NCBI GenBank assembly: GCA_017455905.1
Contig: JAFTLQ010000010.1
Span: 33,468-97,467, forward strand
Direction of reading: 5' to 3'
Length of the DNA: 64,000 nucleotides
Source: Clostridia bacterium
Lineage (GTDB): Bacteria; Bacillota; Clostridia; Oscillospirales; CAG-272
Part shown: piece after piece, positions 34,110 to 42,911 of the stretch
How the letters are laid out: each line of letters starts with the position of its first letter
Numbering within the stretch: position 1 is the first letter of the stretch
Program-made: the position numbers and the translations under genes
The notes under the pieces: model-generated
What the model saw: only the letters and a program-made list of their open reading frames with translations
Told to the model about the DNA's origin: nothing
Databases searched by the model: none

Positions 34110-35486
34110 ATGCTGGAAATTTCCCAGAGCACCAACCTGCTCGAACAAAAAAGCTATCGCTATTCCCTGCAGGATGTCGCCGAGCCTAACCTGTATCGGG
34201 ACGTCTATCCGTACACCGAGGTCCCACGCATTTCCTTCAACCACCGACGCGTGCCCATCGGTATGCCCCAAGAGATCTGGATCACCGACACCTCCTTCCG
34301 TGACGGGCAGCAGTCGGTCGAGCCCTACACCGTCCGACAGATCGTCGATCTATATAAGCTTATGTCGCGCCTCGGCGGACCGTACGGCATCATCCGCCAG
34401 ACCGAGTTCTTCGTATACAGCGAAAAGGATAAGCAGGCCATTGCCGAATGTCAGTCTCTCGGTCTGCCCTTCCCCGAGATCACGACGTGGATCCGTGCCA
34501 GCAAGGAGGACTTCAAGCTGGTGCGCGACCTCGGCATCCGCGAAACGGGTATCCTCGTATCCTGCAGCGACTACCACATCTTTAAGAAAATGAAAATGAC
34601 GCGAAAGGAGTGCATGAACTACTACCTCGCCACCGTGGCCGAGGCCTTTGAGGCGGGCATCATGCCGCGCTGTCATCTGGAGGACATCACCCGCGCCGAC
34701 TTTTACGGCTTCGTCGTCCCCTTCGTCAACGAGCTGACCAAAATGAGCGAGGACGCCGGCATCCCCGTGCGTATCCGCGCGTGCGATACCTTAGGCTACG
34801 GCGTTCCTTACAGCGAGGTCGCCCTGCCGCGCAGCGTACCGGGCATCATCTACGGTCTGCAGCACTACGCCGACGTGCCGAGCGAGCTGCTCGAATGGCA
34901 CGGACACAACGACTTCTACAAGGCCGTCACCAACGCGGCGACTGCCTGGCTGTACGGTGCGTGCGGCGTCAACTGCTCCCTGCTCGGCATCGGCGAGCGC
35001 ACGGGCAATATTCCTTTGGAGGCCATGGTCTTTGAATACGCCGCCCTGCGCGGCTCCCTCGACGGCATGGACCCCACCGCTATCACCGAGATCGCCGATT
35101 ATTTCCGTCAGGAGATGGGTTATCGCATTCCGCCGATGACCCCCTTCGTCGGCCGCAACTTCAACGTCACCCGCGCCGGCATCCACGCCGACGGTCTGAT
35201 GAAGGATCAGGAGATCTACAACATCTTCGATACCGAAAAGCTGCTGCACCGTCGCCCCACCGTCATGATCGGAAAGACCTCAGGCCTTTCGGGCATCGCC
35301 TATTGGATCAACGACATCTACGGCCTCAGCGGCGCGCAAGCCGTCGACAAGCACAGCGAGCTCGTCACACGCCTCAAGGCGTGGATCGACGAGGAATACG
35401 CCGACGGACGGCAGACCGCCCTATCCACGGGCGAGCTCGCCGAAAAGATCGACCTCTTCTCCGGCGGCGCACTAAAACTTACGTAA
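34110..35486 (+). CDS. Re-citrate synthase-like enzyme (isopropylmalate/homocitrate synthase family)
   Basis: It has the DTSFRDGQQS HMGL-type motif and IPMS-family collinearity, and it lies upstream of aconitase and IDH. The track start at 33963 was rejected. Confidence 0.7.
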   Translation: MLEISQSTNLLEQKSYRYSLQDVAEPNLYRDVYPYTEVPRISFNHRRVPIGMPQEIWITDTSFRDGQQSVEPYTVRQIVDLYKLMSRLGGPYGIIRQTEFFVYSEKDKQAIAECQSLGLPFPEITTWIRASKEDFKLVRDLGIRETGILVSCSDYHIFKKMKMTRKECMNYYLATVAEAFEAGIMPRCHLEDITRADFYGFVVPFVNELTKMSEDAGIPVRIRACDTLGYGVPYSEVALPRSVPGIIYGLQHYADVPSELLEWHGHNDFYKAVTNAATAWLYGACGVNCSLLGIGERTGNIPLEAMVFEYAALRGSLDGMDPTAITEIADYFRQEMGYRIPPMTPFVGRNFNVTRAGIHADGLMKDQEIYNIFDTEKLLHRRPTVMIGKTSGLSGIAYWINDIYGLSGAQAVDKHSELVTRLKAWIDEEYADGRQTALSTGELAEKIDLFSGGALKLT

Positions 35487-35496
35487 GGAGTCTGTC

Positions 35497-36138
35497 ATGA
35501 TCGAACACAAGACCGTATCGCTGGCCGATCAGGTATTTGAACGGCTGGAAAGCGATATACTCACAGGAAAATATACTCGCGGCGAGATCCTCACCGAGCT
35601 TCGTCTGTCCGAGGACATGGGCGTCAGCCGCACCCCCATCCGCGAGGCGCTGCGCCGTCTGGAGCAGGAGCATCTCGTGGAAAGCGCAAGCAAGGGCATC
35701 GCCGTCCTCGGCGTGAGCGAGGACGACCTCTACGACATTTACGCCATCCGTATACGTCTGGAGGGGATGGCGGCGGCGCGGGCCGCCGAGCGGGCAAACG
35801 AAGAGACCTTAGCCGATCTGCGCGAGGCGCTCGATCTGCAGGAATATTACGTCACGCGTCACGATGCCGACCGCATCAAGTCGCAGGACTCCATGTTCCA
35901 CGAGCATCTCTATCGCCTCTCGGGCAGCACCACCCTCTTCGACACCCTGTATCCGCTGCACAAAAAGGTGCAGAAATTCCGCCGTGCCTCCGTGCAAAAC
36001 GAGGACCGCGCCGAGCAATCGCTGAACGAGCACAAGCGTATTTTTGCCTGCCTGCTCGCCCGTGATGCGGCGGGCGCCGAGGCGGCTATGACCGAGCATG
36101 TCAAAAACGCCATGAACACCATTTTGAAAAGGAGCTGA
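35497..36138 (+). CDS. GntR-family (FadR/FCD type) transcriptional regulator
   Basis: An N-terminal winged HTH (LSEDMGVSRTPIREALRRLEQEHLV) is followed by a helical FCD-like C-terminal domain. Confidence 0.85.
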   Translation: MIEHKTVSLADQVFERLESDILTGKYTRGEILTELRLSEDMGVSRTPIREALRRLEQEHLVESASKGIAVLGVSEDDLYDIYAIRIRLEGMAAARAAERANEETLADLREALDLQEYYVTRHDADRIKSQDSMFHEHLYRLSGSTTLFDTLYPLHKKVQKFRRASVQNEDRAEQSLNEHKRIFACLLARDAAGAEAAMTEHVKNAMNTILKRS

Positions 36139-36140
36139 CC

Positions 36141-38072
36141 ATGGGACTTACCTTAGCACAAAAGATCATTCGGGATCACCTCCTATCGGGAGATATGACG
36201 CCCGGACAGGAGATCGCCCTTCGTATCGACCAAACGCTGACGCAGGACGCCACGGGTACGATGGCGTACCTCGAATTTGAGGCCATCGGCATTCCGCGCG
36301 TGCGCACTGAGCTGAGTGTGGCCTATATTGACCATAATACGTTACAATCCGGCTTCGAAAATGCCGATGACCACCGCTATATCCAATCCGTTGCCAAGAA
36401 GCACGGCATCCGCTTCTCGCGCCCCGGAAACGGCATCTGCCACCAGGTGCATCTGGAGCGCTTCGGCAAGCCGGGCAAGACGCTCATCGGCTCCGACAGC
36501 CATACGCCGACCGGCGGCGGTATCGGCATGCTCGCCTTTGGCGCGGGCGGTATGGACGTCGCCGTCGCCATGGGCGGCGGTGCCTACTACATCACCATGC
36601 CGCGCATGATCAAGGTCAACCTGACGGGCAAGCTCTCCCCCTGGGTCAGCGCCAAGGACGTCAGCCTGGAGCTGTTGCGCATCCTGTCCGTCAAGGGCGG
36701 TGTCGGCTACATCATTGAATGGGGCGGCGAGGGCGTACGCACGCTATCCGTTCCCGAGCGCGCCACCATCACCAACATGGGCACCGAGCTGGGTGCCACC
36801 ACCTCCATCTTCCCCTCCGACGACACCACCCGCGCCTTCCTTGCCGCACAGGGACGCGAGGAGGACTACCGTCCCCTGGCCGCCGATCCCGACGCCGTCT
36901 ACGACCGCGTCATCGACATCGATCTGTCCACCCTTGAGCCTCTGCTCGCCTGCCCTCACAGTCCCGACAACATCCGCTCCGCCACGAGCCTGTCGGGTGT
37001 CAAGGTCGATCAGGTCTGCATCGGCTCCTGCACCAACTCGTCCCTGCGCGATATGCTGCGCGTCGCCGCGATCCTCAAGGGCAAGACCATCGCCGACTCC
37101 GTCAGCCTGTCGGTATCCCCCGGCTCCAAGCAGGTCCTTTCCATGCTGGCCTCCTGCGGTGCGCTGACCGACATCCTCGCGTCGGGCGCCCGTGTGCTGG
37201 AATGCGCCTGCGGCCCCTGCATCGGTATGGGCTTTTCTCCCAATTCCGCCGGCGTATCCCTGCGCACCTTCAACCGCAACTTTGAGGGACGCAGCGGCAC
37301 CAAGGACGCACAGGTCTATCTCGTATCTCCCGAGATCGCAGCCGCCTCTGCCCTGACCGGCTACATCACCGATCCGCGCACGCTGGGTGACTATCCCGAT
37401 ATCGTCATGCCCGACGCCTTCCGCATCGATGATAGCGCCGTCGTCCTGCCCGCCGCCGAGGAGGAGGCCGCCTCGCTTGAGGTGCTGCGCGGCCCGAACA
37501 TCAAGCCCTTGCCCGACGCGCATCCCGTGACCGATACCGTGCACGGCCGTCTGACACTCAAGGTCGGTGACAACATCACCACCGACCACATTATGCCCGC
37601 CGGTGCCAAGATCCTTCCCTATCGCTCCAATATCCCCTATCTCTCCAAGTTTTGCTTCGCCGTATGCGACGAGCAGTTTGCCGAGCGCGCCAAGGCCGCG
37701 GGGGATACCATCCTCGTCGGCGGCTCCAACTACGGACAGGGCTCCTCGCGTGAGCACGCCGCGCTTGTTCCGCTGTACCTCGGCGTACGCGCCGTCGTCG
37801 CCAAGAGCTTCGCCCGTATCCACGTGGCCAACCTCATCAATGCGGGCATCCTGCCGCTGACCTTTGAGGATCCCGCGGATTACGACCTGCTGCGCGAGGG
37901 CGACGATCTGTCGATCGAGGGCGTCTTTGAGGGTCTGCAGACCGGCCGCTTCCTTCTGATGGACCGCACGACCGGCAAGACCATACCGCTCATCGGCAGC
38001 TTCACCGACCGCCAGATCGCCATGCTCCGCGCAGGCGGCCTGCTCCCCTACACCAAAGAAGCACAAGAATAA
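36141..38072 (+). CDS. aconitate hydratase
   Basis: The Fe-S ligand motifs GSDSHT, IGSCTNSS and CGPCIGMG are present, with a swivel domain at the C-terminus. Confidence 0.9.
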   Translation: MGLTLAQKIIRDHLLSGDMTPGQEIALRIDQTLTQDATGTMAYLEFEAIGIPRVRTELSVAYIDHNTLQSGFENADDHRYIQSVAKKHGIRFSRPGNGICHQVHLERFGKPGKTLIGSDSHTPTGGGIGMLAFGAGGMDVAVAMGGGAYYITMPRMIKVNLTGKLSPWVSAKDVSLELLRILSVKGGVGYIIEWGGEGVRTLSVPERATITNMGTELGATTSIFPSDDTTRAFLAAQGREEDYRPLAADPDAVYDRVIDIDLSTLEPLLACPHSPDNIRSATSLSGVKVDQVCIGSCTNSSLRDMLRVAAILKGKTIADSVSLSVSPGSKQVLSMLASCGALTDILASGARVLECACGPCIGMGFSPNSAGVSLRTFNRNFEGRSGTKDAQVYLVSPEIAAASALTGYITDPRTLGDYPDIVMPDAFRIDDSAVVLPAAEEEAASLEVLRGPNIKPLPDAHPVTDTVHGRLTLKVGDNITTDHIMPAGAKILPYRSNIPYLSKFCFAVCDEQFAERAKAAGDTILVGGSNYGQGSSREHAALVPLYLGVRAVVAKSFARIHVANLINAGILPLTFEDPADYDLLREGDDLSIEGVFEGLQTGRFLLMDRTTGKTIPLIGSFTDRQIAMLRAGGLLPYTKEAQE

Positions 38073-38082
38073 GGAGAACGCC

Positions 38083-39312
38083 GTGAAAGCCTTTACGAAA
38101 ATTCCGATGACTACCCCCCTCGTCGAAATGGACGGGGATGAAATGACCCGTATTTTGTGGGCGATGATCAAGGAGGAGCTCATCCTTCCCTTCGTTGACC
38201 TCAAGACCGAGTATTACGACCTCGGCCTGCCCGAGCGCGAGCGCACCAAGGATGCCGTGACCCACGCGGCCGCCGAGGCCAACCGCCGTCTGGGCGTCGC
38301 CGTCAAGTGCGCCACCATCACTCCCAACAAGCAGCGCGTCGAGGAATACAATCTCACCGAGATGTGGAAGAGCCCCAACGGCACCATCCGTGCCGCCCTT
38401 GACGGCACCGTCTTCCGCGCCCCCATCCTCATCGATTCCGTCAAGCCGCAGGTGCGCGGCTGGAAAAAGCCCATCACCGTCGCCCGTCACGCCTACGGCG
38501 ACGTGTATAAGGCAACGGAGTTCCGCATCCCCGGTGAGGGCAAGGCGGAGCTGCTGTTCACCGATCGCGACGGCAACGAGCGCCGCGAGACCATCTACGA
38601 CTTTGAATGCCCCGGCGTCCTGCAGGGTCAGTACAACAAGGATACCTCCATCCGTGCCTTTGCGCACGCCTGCTTCCGCTACGCCATCGATACCAAGCAG
38701 GATCTGTGGTTCTCCACCAAGGACACCATTTCCAAGCAGTACGATCAGACCTTCAAGCTCATCTTTGAGGAGATCTACGAAAGCAACTACAAGGCCACCT
38801 TCGAGAAGCTCGGCATCACCTATTTCTACACCCTCATCGACGACGCGGTCGCCCGCGTCATCCGCAGCGAGGGCGGCTTCATCTGGGCGTGCAAGAACTA
38901 CGACGGCGACGTCATGAGCGACATGATCTCCACCGCCTTCGGCTCGCTTGCCATGATGACCTCCGTGCTGGTGTCCCCCGACGGCAAGTTTGAATACGAG
39001 GCCGCACACGGCACCGTCACCCGTCACTACTACCGTTACCTTAAGGGCGAGGAGACCTCCACCAACCCCATGGCTACCATCTTCGCCTGGAGCGGCGCTC
39101 TGCGCAAGCGCGGCGAGCTTGACGCCCTGCCCGCCCTTGTCGAATACGCCGACAAGCTGGAGGCCGCCTGCCTGCAAACGCTCCGCGACGGCATCATGAC
39201 CAAGGACCTCACCGGCCTCGTCGACGAGGGTACACCCGTCACCGCCGTCAATAGCGCCGATTTCCTAAAAGCCATCCGTTCTCGCCTCGAAAACCTGCTG
39301 ATTTGCGAATAA
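38083..39312 (+). CDS. icd: NADP-dependent isocitrate dehydrogenase (type II, eukaryote-like homodimeric)
   Basis: VEMDGDEMTRILW and CATITPN are typical motifs. The GTG start has AAGGAG upstream. Confidence 0.9.
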   Translation: MKAFTKIPMTTPLVEMDGDEMTRILWAMIKEELILPFVDLKTEYYDLGLPERERTKDAVTHAAAEANRRLGVAVKCATITPNKQRVEEYNLTEMWKSPNGTIRAALDGTVFRAPILIDSVKPQVRGWKKPITVARHAYGDVYKATEFRIPGEGKAELLFTDRDGNERRETIYDFECPGVLQGQYNKDTSIRAFAHACFRYAIDTKQDLWFSTKDTISKQYDQTFKLIFEEIYESNYKATFEKLGITYFYTLIDDAVARVIRSEGGFIWACKNYDGDVMSDMISTAFGSLAMMTSVLVSPDGKFEYEAAHGTVTRHYYRYLKGEETSTNPMATIFAWSGALRKRGELDALPALVEYADKLEAACLQTLRDGIMTKDLTGLVDEGTPVTAVNSADFLKAIRSRLENLLICE

Positions 39313-39364
39313 TTGTTTGCAAATTATCTTTTTAAACATTAAACAAGCGTGAAACGCACAAAAA

Positions 39365-39399
39365 AGAGCAAAGGATTTTTCTCCTTTGCTCTTTCTTTT
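39365..39399 (+). terminator. intrinsic terminator after icd
   Basis: AGAGCAAAGGA (39365-39375) pairs with TCCTTTGCTCT (39382-39392), followed by a T-rich run. Confidence 0.8.
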
Positions 39400-39463
39400 C
39401 TTATTTGAAGAGAACACTTCACAGGGGCGTTTGAGGCAAAGCAACCGATCGACTTCAGCTGCG

Positions 39464-39775
39464 TCAGCGTTTGAGCATATCCTTGACAAGCGAGTCAAGG
39501 ATGTCCAGTTGTCCGTCGTTCAATTCCTTTAAATTCTTTACAATCGCAGCCAATTTGGATGGGTTGGAGGATTCCATATCAAAAAATTCACTTGGAGTTA
39601 CGCCCAGATATTCGCAAATAAAGAAGATGCCGTCCAAAGAAGGCTTAGACTTCCCTGTTTCTATATTGTTGATGTATCCCGGATTTTGACCGATCGACAA
39701 GCTCATATCACGAGCAGAAACACCCTTTTTCTCACGCAACCGCGCCAAGCGCAGGGCAAACTCTTTCTCGTCCAT
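39464..39775 (-). CDS. XRE-family helix-turn-helix transcriptional regulator
   Basis: LARLREKKGVSARDMSLSIGQNPGYINNIETGKSKPSL is a Cro/C1-type HTH. The ATG at 39775 was chosen. Composition is low-GC. Confidence 0.8.
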   Translation of the reverse strand: MDEKEFALRLARLREKKGVSARDMSLSIGQNPGYINNIETGKSKPSLDGIFFICEYLGVTPSEFFDMESSNPSKLAAIVKNLKELNDGQLDILDSLVKDMLKR

Positions 39776-39855
39776 TCCGCCACCTCGCAACCAATATATA
39801 TATTATTGTACCCCATGACTTTGTCAAAATTGTTGGTTTTGAGGCTTTATTTGTA

Positions 39856-39884
39856 TTGAATTAACGGTTTTCAGATGATATAAT
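39856..39884 (+). promoter_or_regulatory. sigma-A-like promoter of the SLOG-like gene
   Basis: TTGAAT (39856-39861), a 17-nt spacer, then TATAAT (39879-39884). Confidence 0.6.
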
Positions 39885-39941
39885 GGAATATATAGAGGCA
39901 TACAGCCCACATATTATCTATTTGGAGGAATAGGACAAACT

Positions 39942-40406
39942 ATGATTTACAAGGTTACATTATTTGGCCACAGGGATCTATATGCATATTGAACGATCGA
40001 AGAACGATTGTACCCGATCCTAAAGGAACTGATACAAACGAAGCCATTTGTGGAGATTTATATAGGGCGCAACGGAGAGTTTGATATGTTTGCCGCGTCG
40101 ATTGTCAAGAGAGCGCAAAAAGCGTTTGGAGAGGAACGGTGCGCCATGACGCTTGTCCTCCCTTATGTGCAAAAAGATATAGCATCCTACGAACAATATT
40201 ACGATAGCGTGTTGATACCCGAATGTATCGAAAAAACGCACCCCAAAGGTGCAATTACAAAGCGAAATCGTTGGATGGTAGAAGTCTGTGATCTATGTAT
40301 CGGATACGTTGAGCATGAAAACGGCGGAGCGTACACCGCATTGAAGTATGCCAAGAAGCTTGGCAAAAAGGTCATTAATTTAGCCATTGAAGATAATGAT
40401 ATATAA
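39942..40406 (+). pseudogene. SLOG/DUF1273-like protein gene interrupted by one in-frame TGA (codon 17, nt 39990-39992)
   Basis: GGAGG RBS and ATG at 39942 give MIYKVTLFGHRDLYAY, then TGA, then in the same frame TIEERLYPILKELIQ...RNRWMVEVCDLCIGYVEHENGGAYTALKYAKKLGKKVINL. The F-GHR start and RNR...GG..T..YA motifs resemble DUF1273. Confidence 0.6.
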
Positions 40407-40528
40407 CAAGTGGATCATAGAGCACAAGCGTCCGATGTGTTCGCACACATTTATCGAACAAATACAGGTATTTGTCTACATAAAAAAGAACAAAACCGTA
40501 TAACCCCACACCAAAGCATATAAAAAGG

Positions 40529-40568
40529 CACGTATGATAAACGATTTTTCGGTATCATACGTGCTTTT
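40529..40568. terminator. bidirectional hairpin terminator
   Basis: An 11-bp stem forms between CACGTATGATA (40529-40539) and TATCATACGTG (40553-40563), with T-rich tracts on both strands. Confidence 0.65.
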
Positions 40569-40637
40569 GCATTGCTTTGAAAACATACGTTCCGTAAGAA
40601 AGGAATTGCCATCCTACGACATGACAAGCATGGGTAA

Positions 40638-40942
40638 GGGGATGCTGTGCAGACATCTTCGTTCTTCGCACCGCCGGGCATACACGGGTACGTCCAGGTG
40701 CGAAAACGGAGAGGTATATCGACAGACGACAGCCGGGGAGAGGGAATGCTGTGCAGAAGTCTTCGTTCTTCGCACCGCCGGGCGTACACGGGTACGTCCA
40801 GGTGCGAAAACGGAGAGGTATATCGGCAGACGACAGCCGGGGAGAGGGGATGCTGTGCAGACGTCTTCGTTCTTCGCACCGCCGGGCGTACAAGCGTACG
40901 TCCAGGTGCGAAAACGGAGAGGTATGCCGGCAGACGACAGCC
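40638..40942. repeat. tandem repeat, 3 copies of a 104-bp unit, each with a conserved ~40-nt hairpin
   Basis: Units start at 40638, 40742 and 40846 (GGGGATGCTGTGCAGAC...) with only a few substitutions between copies. Each has TTCGCACC...GGTGCGAA enclosing GGGCGTAC-loop-GTACGTCC. Confidence 0.9.
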
Positions 40943-40949
40943 CCCAATC

Positions 40950-42911
40950 TTATTCAAGCTCGAAGGCGCCGGTATATAGCTGATAATACGTCCCCTTCGC
41001 CTCGATCAAGGCCTCGTGCGTGCCGCGCTCAATGATGCGGCCGTGATCAAGCACCATGATGACGTCGGAGTCCATGACCGTCGACAGACGGTGGGCGATG
41101 ACGAAGACGGTACGGTTCTCCATCAGGCGATCCATGCCGCGCTGAACGATGGCCTCGGTGCGCGTATCGATGGAGGAGGTCGCCTCGTCCATGATCATAA
41201 CGGGCGGATCGGCAACCGCCGCACGGGCGATCGCCAGCAGCTGACGCTGACCCTGCGACAGGTTGGAGCCGTTGTTGGCAAGCTCGGTGTCATAGCCCTT
41301 GGGCAGACGGCTGATAAAGTCGTGGGCGCCCGCCAGGCGTGCCGCCTCGATGCACTGCTCGTCGGTGGCGTCCAGGTTGCCGTAACGGATGTTATCCATG
41401 ACCGTGCCGCTGAACAGGTTGGTCTCCTGCAGGACGATGCCGAGGGAGCGGCGCAGATCGGATTTTTTGATCTTGTTGATATTGATGCCGTCGTAGCGGA
41501 TCTTGCCGTCGGCAATATCGTAGAAGCGGTTGATAAGGTTGGTGATGGTGGTCTTTCCGGCACCGGTGGCACCGACGAAGGCGACCTTTTGTCCCGGGGC
41601 GGCGTATACGCTGACGTCGTGCAGGACGGGCTTGCCCTCCTCGTACGCAAAGTCGACGCCGTTGAGACGTACATCGCCCTCCAGCGGCGTGTACGTCAGC
41701 GTACCGTCACCGTGCGGATGCTTCCATGCCCAAAGGCCGGTATGCTCCTCGGTCTCGACGATGGAGCCGTCCTCGGCGCGGCGGGCGTTGACAAGGGTGA
41801 CGTAGCCCTCGTCGGCCTCGGGCTCTACGTCCATGAGCGCGAAGACGCGCTTGGCGCCTGCCAGACCCATGGCGATGGTGTTGAACTGCTGGGATACCTG
41901 GTTGATGCTGCCGGTGAACTGTCTGGTCATGTTCAGGAAGGGGACGATGACCGAGATGGAGATGATACCGATGCCCGTGATCGTAAGGTTGGGCGCTTCG
42001 AAGGCGAGCAGAAGGCCGCCGACCATTGCCATCAGCGCGTACAGCACGTGGCCAATGTTGTTAATGATGGGGCCGAGGATGTTGGCGTACGCATGGGCGC
42101 GGAAGCTGTCCTCACGCAGGTTGTTGTTGAGCACCTCGAAATCCTTGCGGCATGCATCCTCATGGCAGAAGACCTTGACGACCTTCTGTCCGTTCATCAT
42201 CTCCTGCACAAAGGCCTCGTTCGCAGCGACGGACCTTTGCTGACGGATGAAGTACTTGGACGAGCCGGCGCCGATGCGCCCCGATGCCATGAGCATGACG
42301 GTAACGCCGACGAGAAGCACGAGGGTCATCCACACGCTGAAGGAGATCATGATACAGAAGATGACGAGCAGCGTGACCGATGACTGCACCAGCGTAGGCA
42401 AGGAACGGGAGATCAGCTCACGCATCGTGTCGATATCGTTGGTGTAATAGCTCATGATATCGCCGTGCTTGTTGGTATCGAAGTATTTGATCGGCAGGTT
42501 CTGCATGCGGTCGAACATGGCACAGCGCATCTTGTGAAGAAAGCCCTGCGTCATATAGACCATCAATTGGTTATAGAGCGTGATGGCGATGATCGACACG
42601 ACGTACAGGCCGATCAGGATAAGCACCATCGGGATGATCTCGGTGCGAGCGCTTGCCCAGTCACCCGTGTCAATCCACGTTTCAATCGAGGAGATGACGC
42701 GCTCGATAAAGAGTGCGGGAATCGCGGAGGTCGCAGCGGAAAAGATGATGCAGGCGACCGTCACGGGAAGGAGGACGGGATAAAACTCGCGCAGCATGCG
42801 GAGTACGCGTCCCAAGGCGCGGAAATCGATCTTAGGCTTCGGACGCTTCATGGGTGCGCCCGTCGGAGGCGTTTCGTTTTTCTTCATAGGAGGCATCTCA
42901 TGCTTCTTCAT
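40950..42911 (-). CDS. ABC exporter, fused permease/ATP-binding subunit (heterodimer partner 2)
   Basis: A six-helix TMD is followed by Walker A (GATGAGKTT), signature (LSQGQRQ) and Walker B (VMIMDEATS). The ATG at 42911 has GGGAGG upstream and overlaps the upstream gene by 14 nt. Confidence 0.9.
   Translation of the reverse strand: MKKHEMPPMKKNETPPTGAPMKRPKPKIDFRALGRVLRMLREFYPVLLPVTVACIIFSAATSAIPALFIERVISSIETWIDTGDWASARTEIIPMVLILIGLYVVSIIAITLYNQLMVYMTQGFLHKMRCAMFDRMQNLPIKYFDTNKHGDIMSYYTNDIDTMRELISRSLPTLVQSSVTLLVIFCIMISFSVWMTLVLLVGVTVMLMASGRIGAGSSKYFIRQQRSVAANEAFVQEMMNGQKVVKVFCHEDACRKDFEVLNNNLREDSFRAHAYANILGPIINNIGHVLYALMAMVGGLLLAFEAPNLTITGIGIISISVIVPFLNMTRQFTGSINQVSQQFNTIAMGLAGAKRVFALMDVEPEADEGYVTLVNARRAEDGSIVETEEHTGLWAWKHPHGDGTLTYTPLEGDVRLNGVDFAYEEGKPVLHDVSVYAAPGQKVAFVGATGAGKTTITNLINRFYDIADGKIRYDGININKIKKSDLRRSLGIVLQETNLFSGTVMDNIRYGNLDATDEQCIEAARLAGAHDFISRLPKGYDTELANNGSNLSQGQRQLLAIARAAVADPPVMIMDEATSSIDTRTEAIVQRGMDRLMENRTVFVIAHRLSTVMDSDVIMVLDHGRIIERGTHEALIEAKGTYYQLYTGAFELE

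Noticed and set aside
40638-40942. Possible CRISPR array.
   Set aside because: The copies are contiguous 104-bp units with no unique spacers between them, and no cas genes are nearby. This is a tandem repeat.
40451-41035. Five overlapping ORFs (94-168 aa, both strands) across the tandem repeat region.
   Set aside because: They exist only because the 104-bp unit lacks stops in several frames. The period is not a multiple of 3, so each copy is read in a different frame. None has an RBS or family resemblance.
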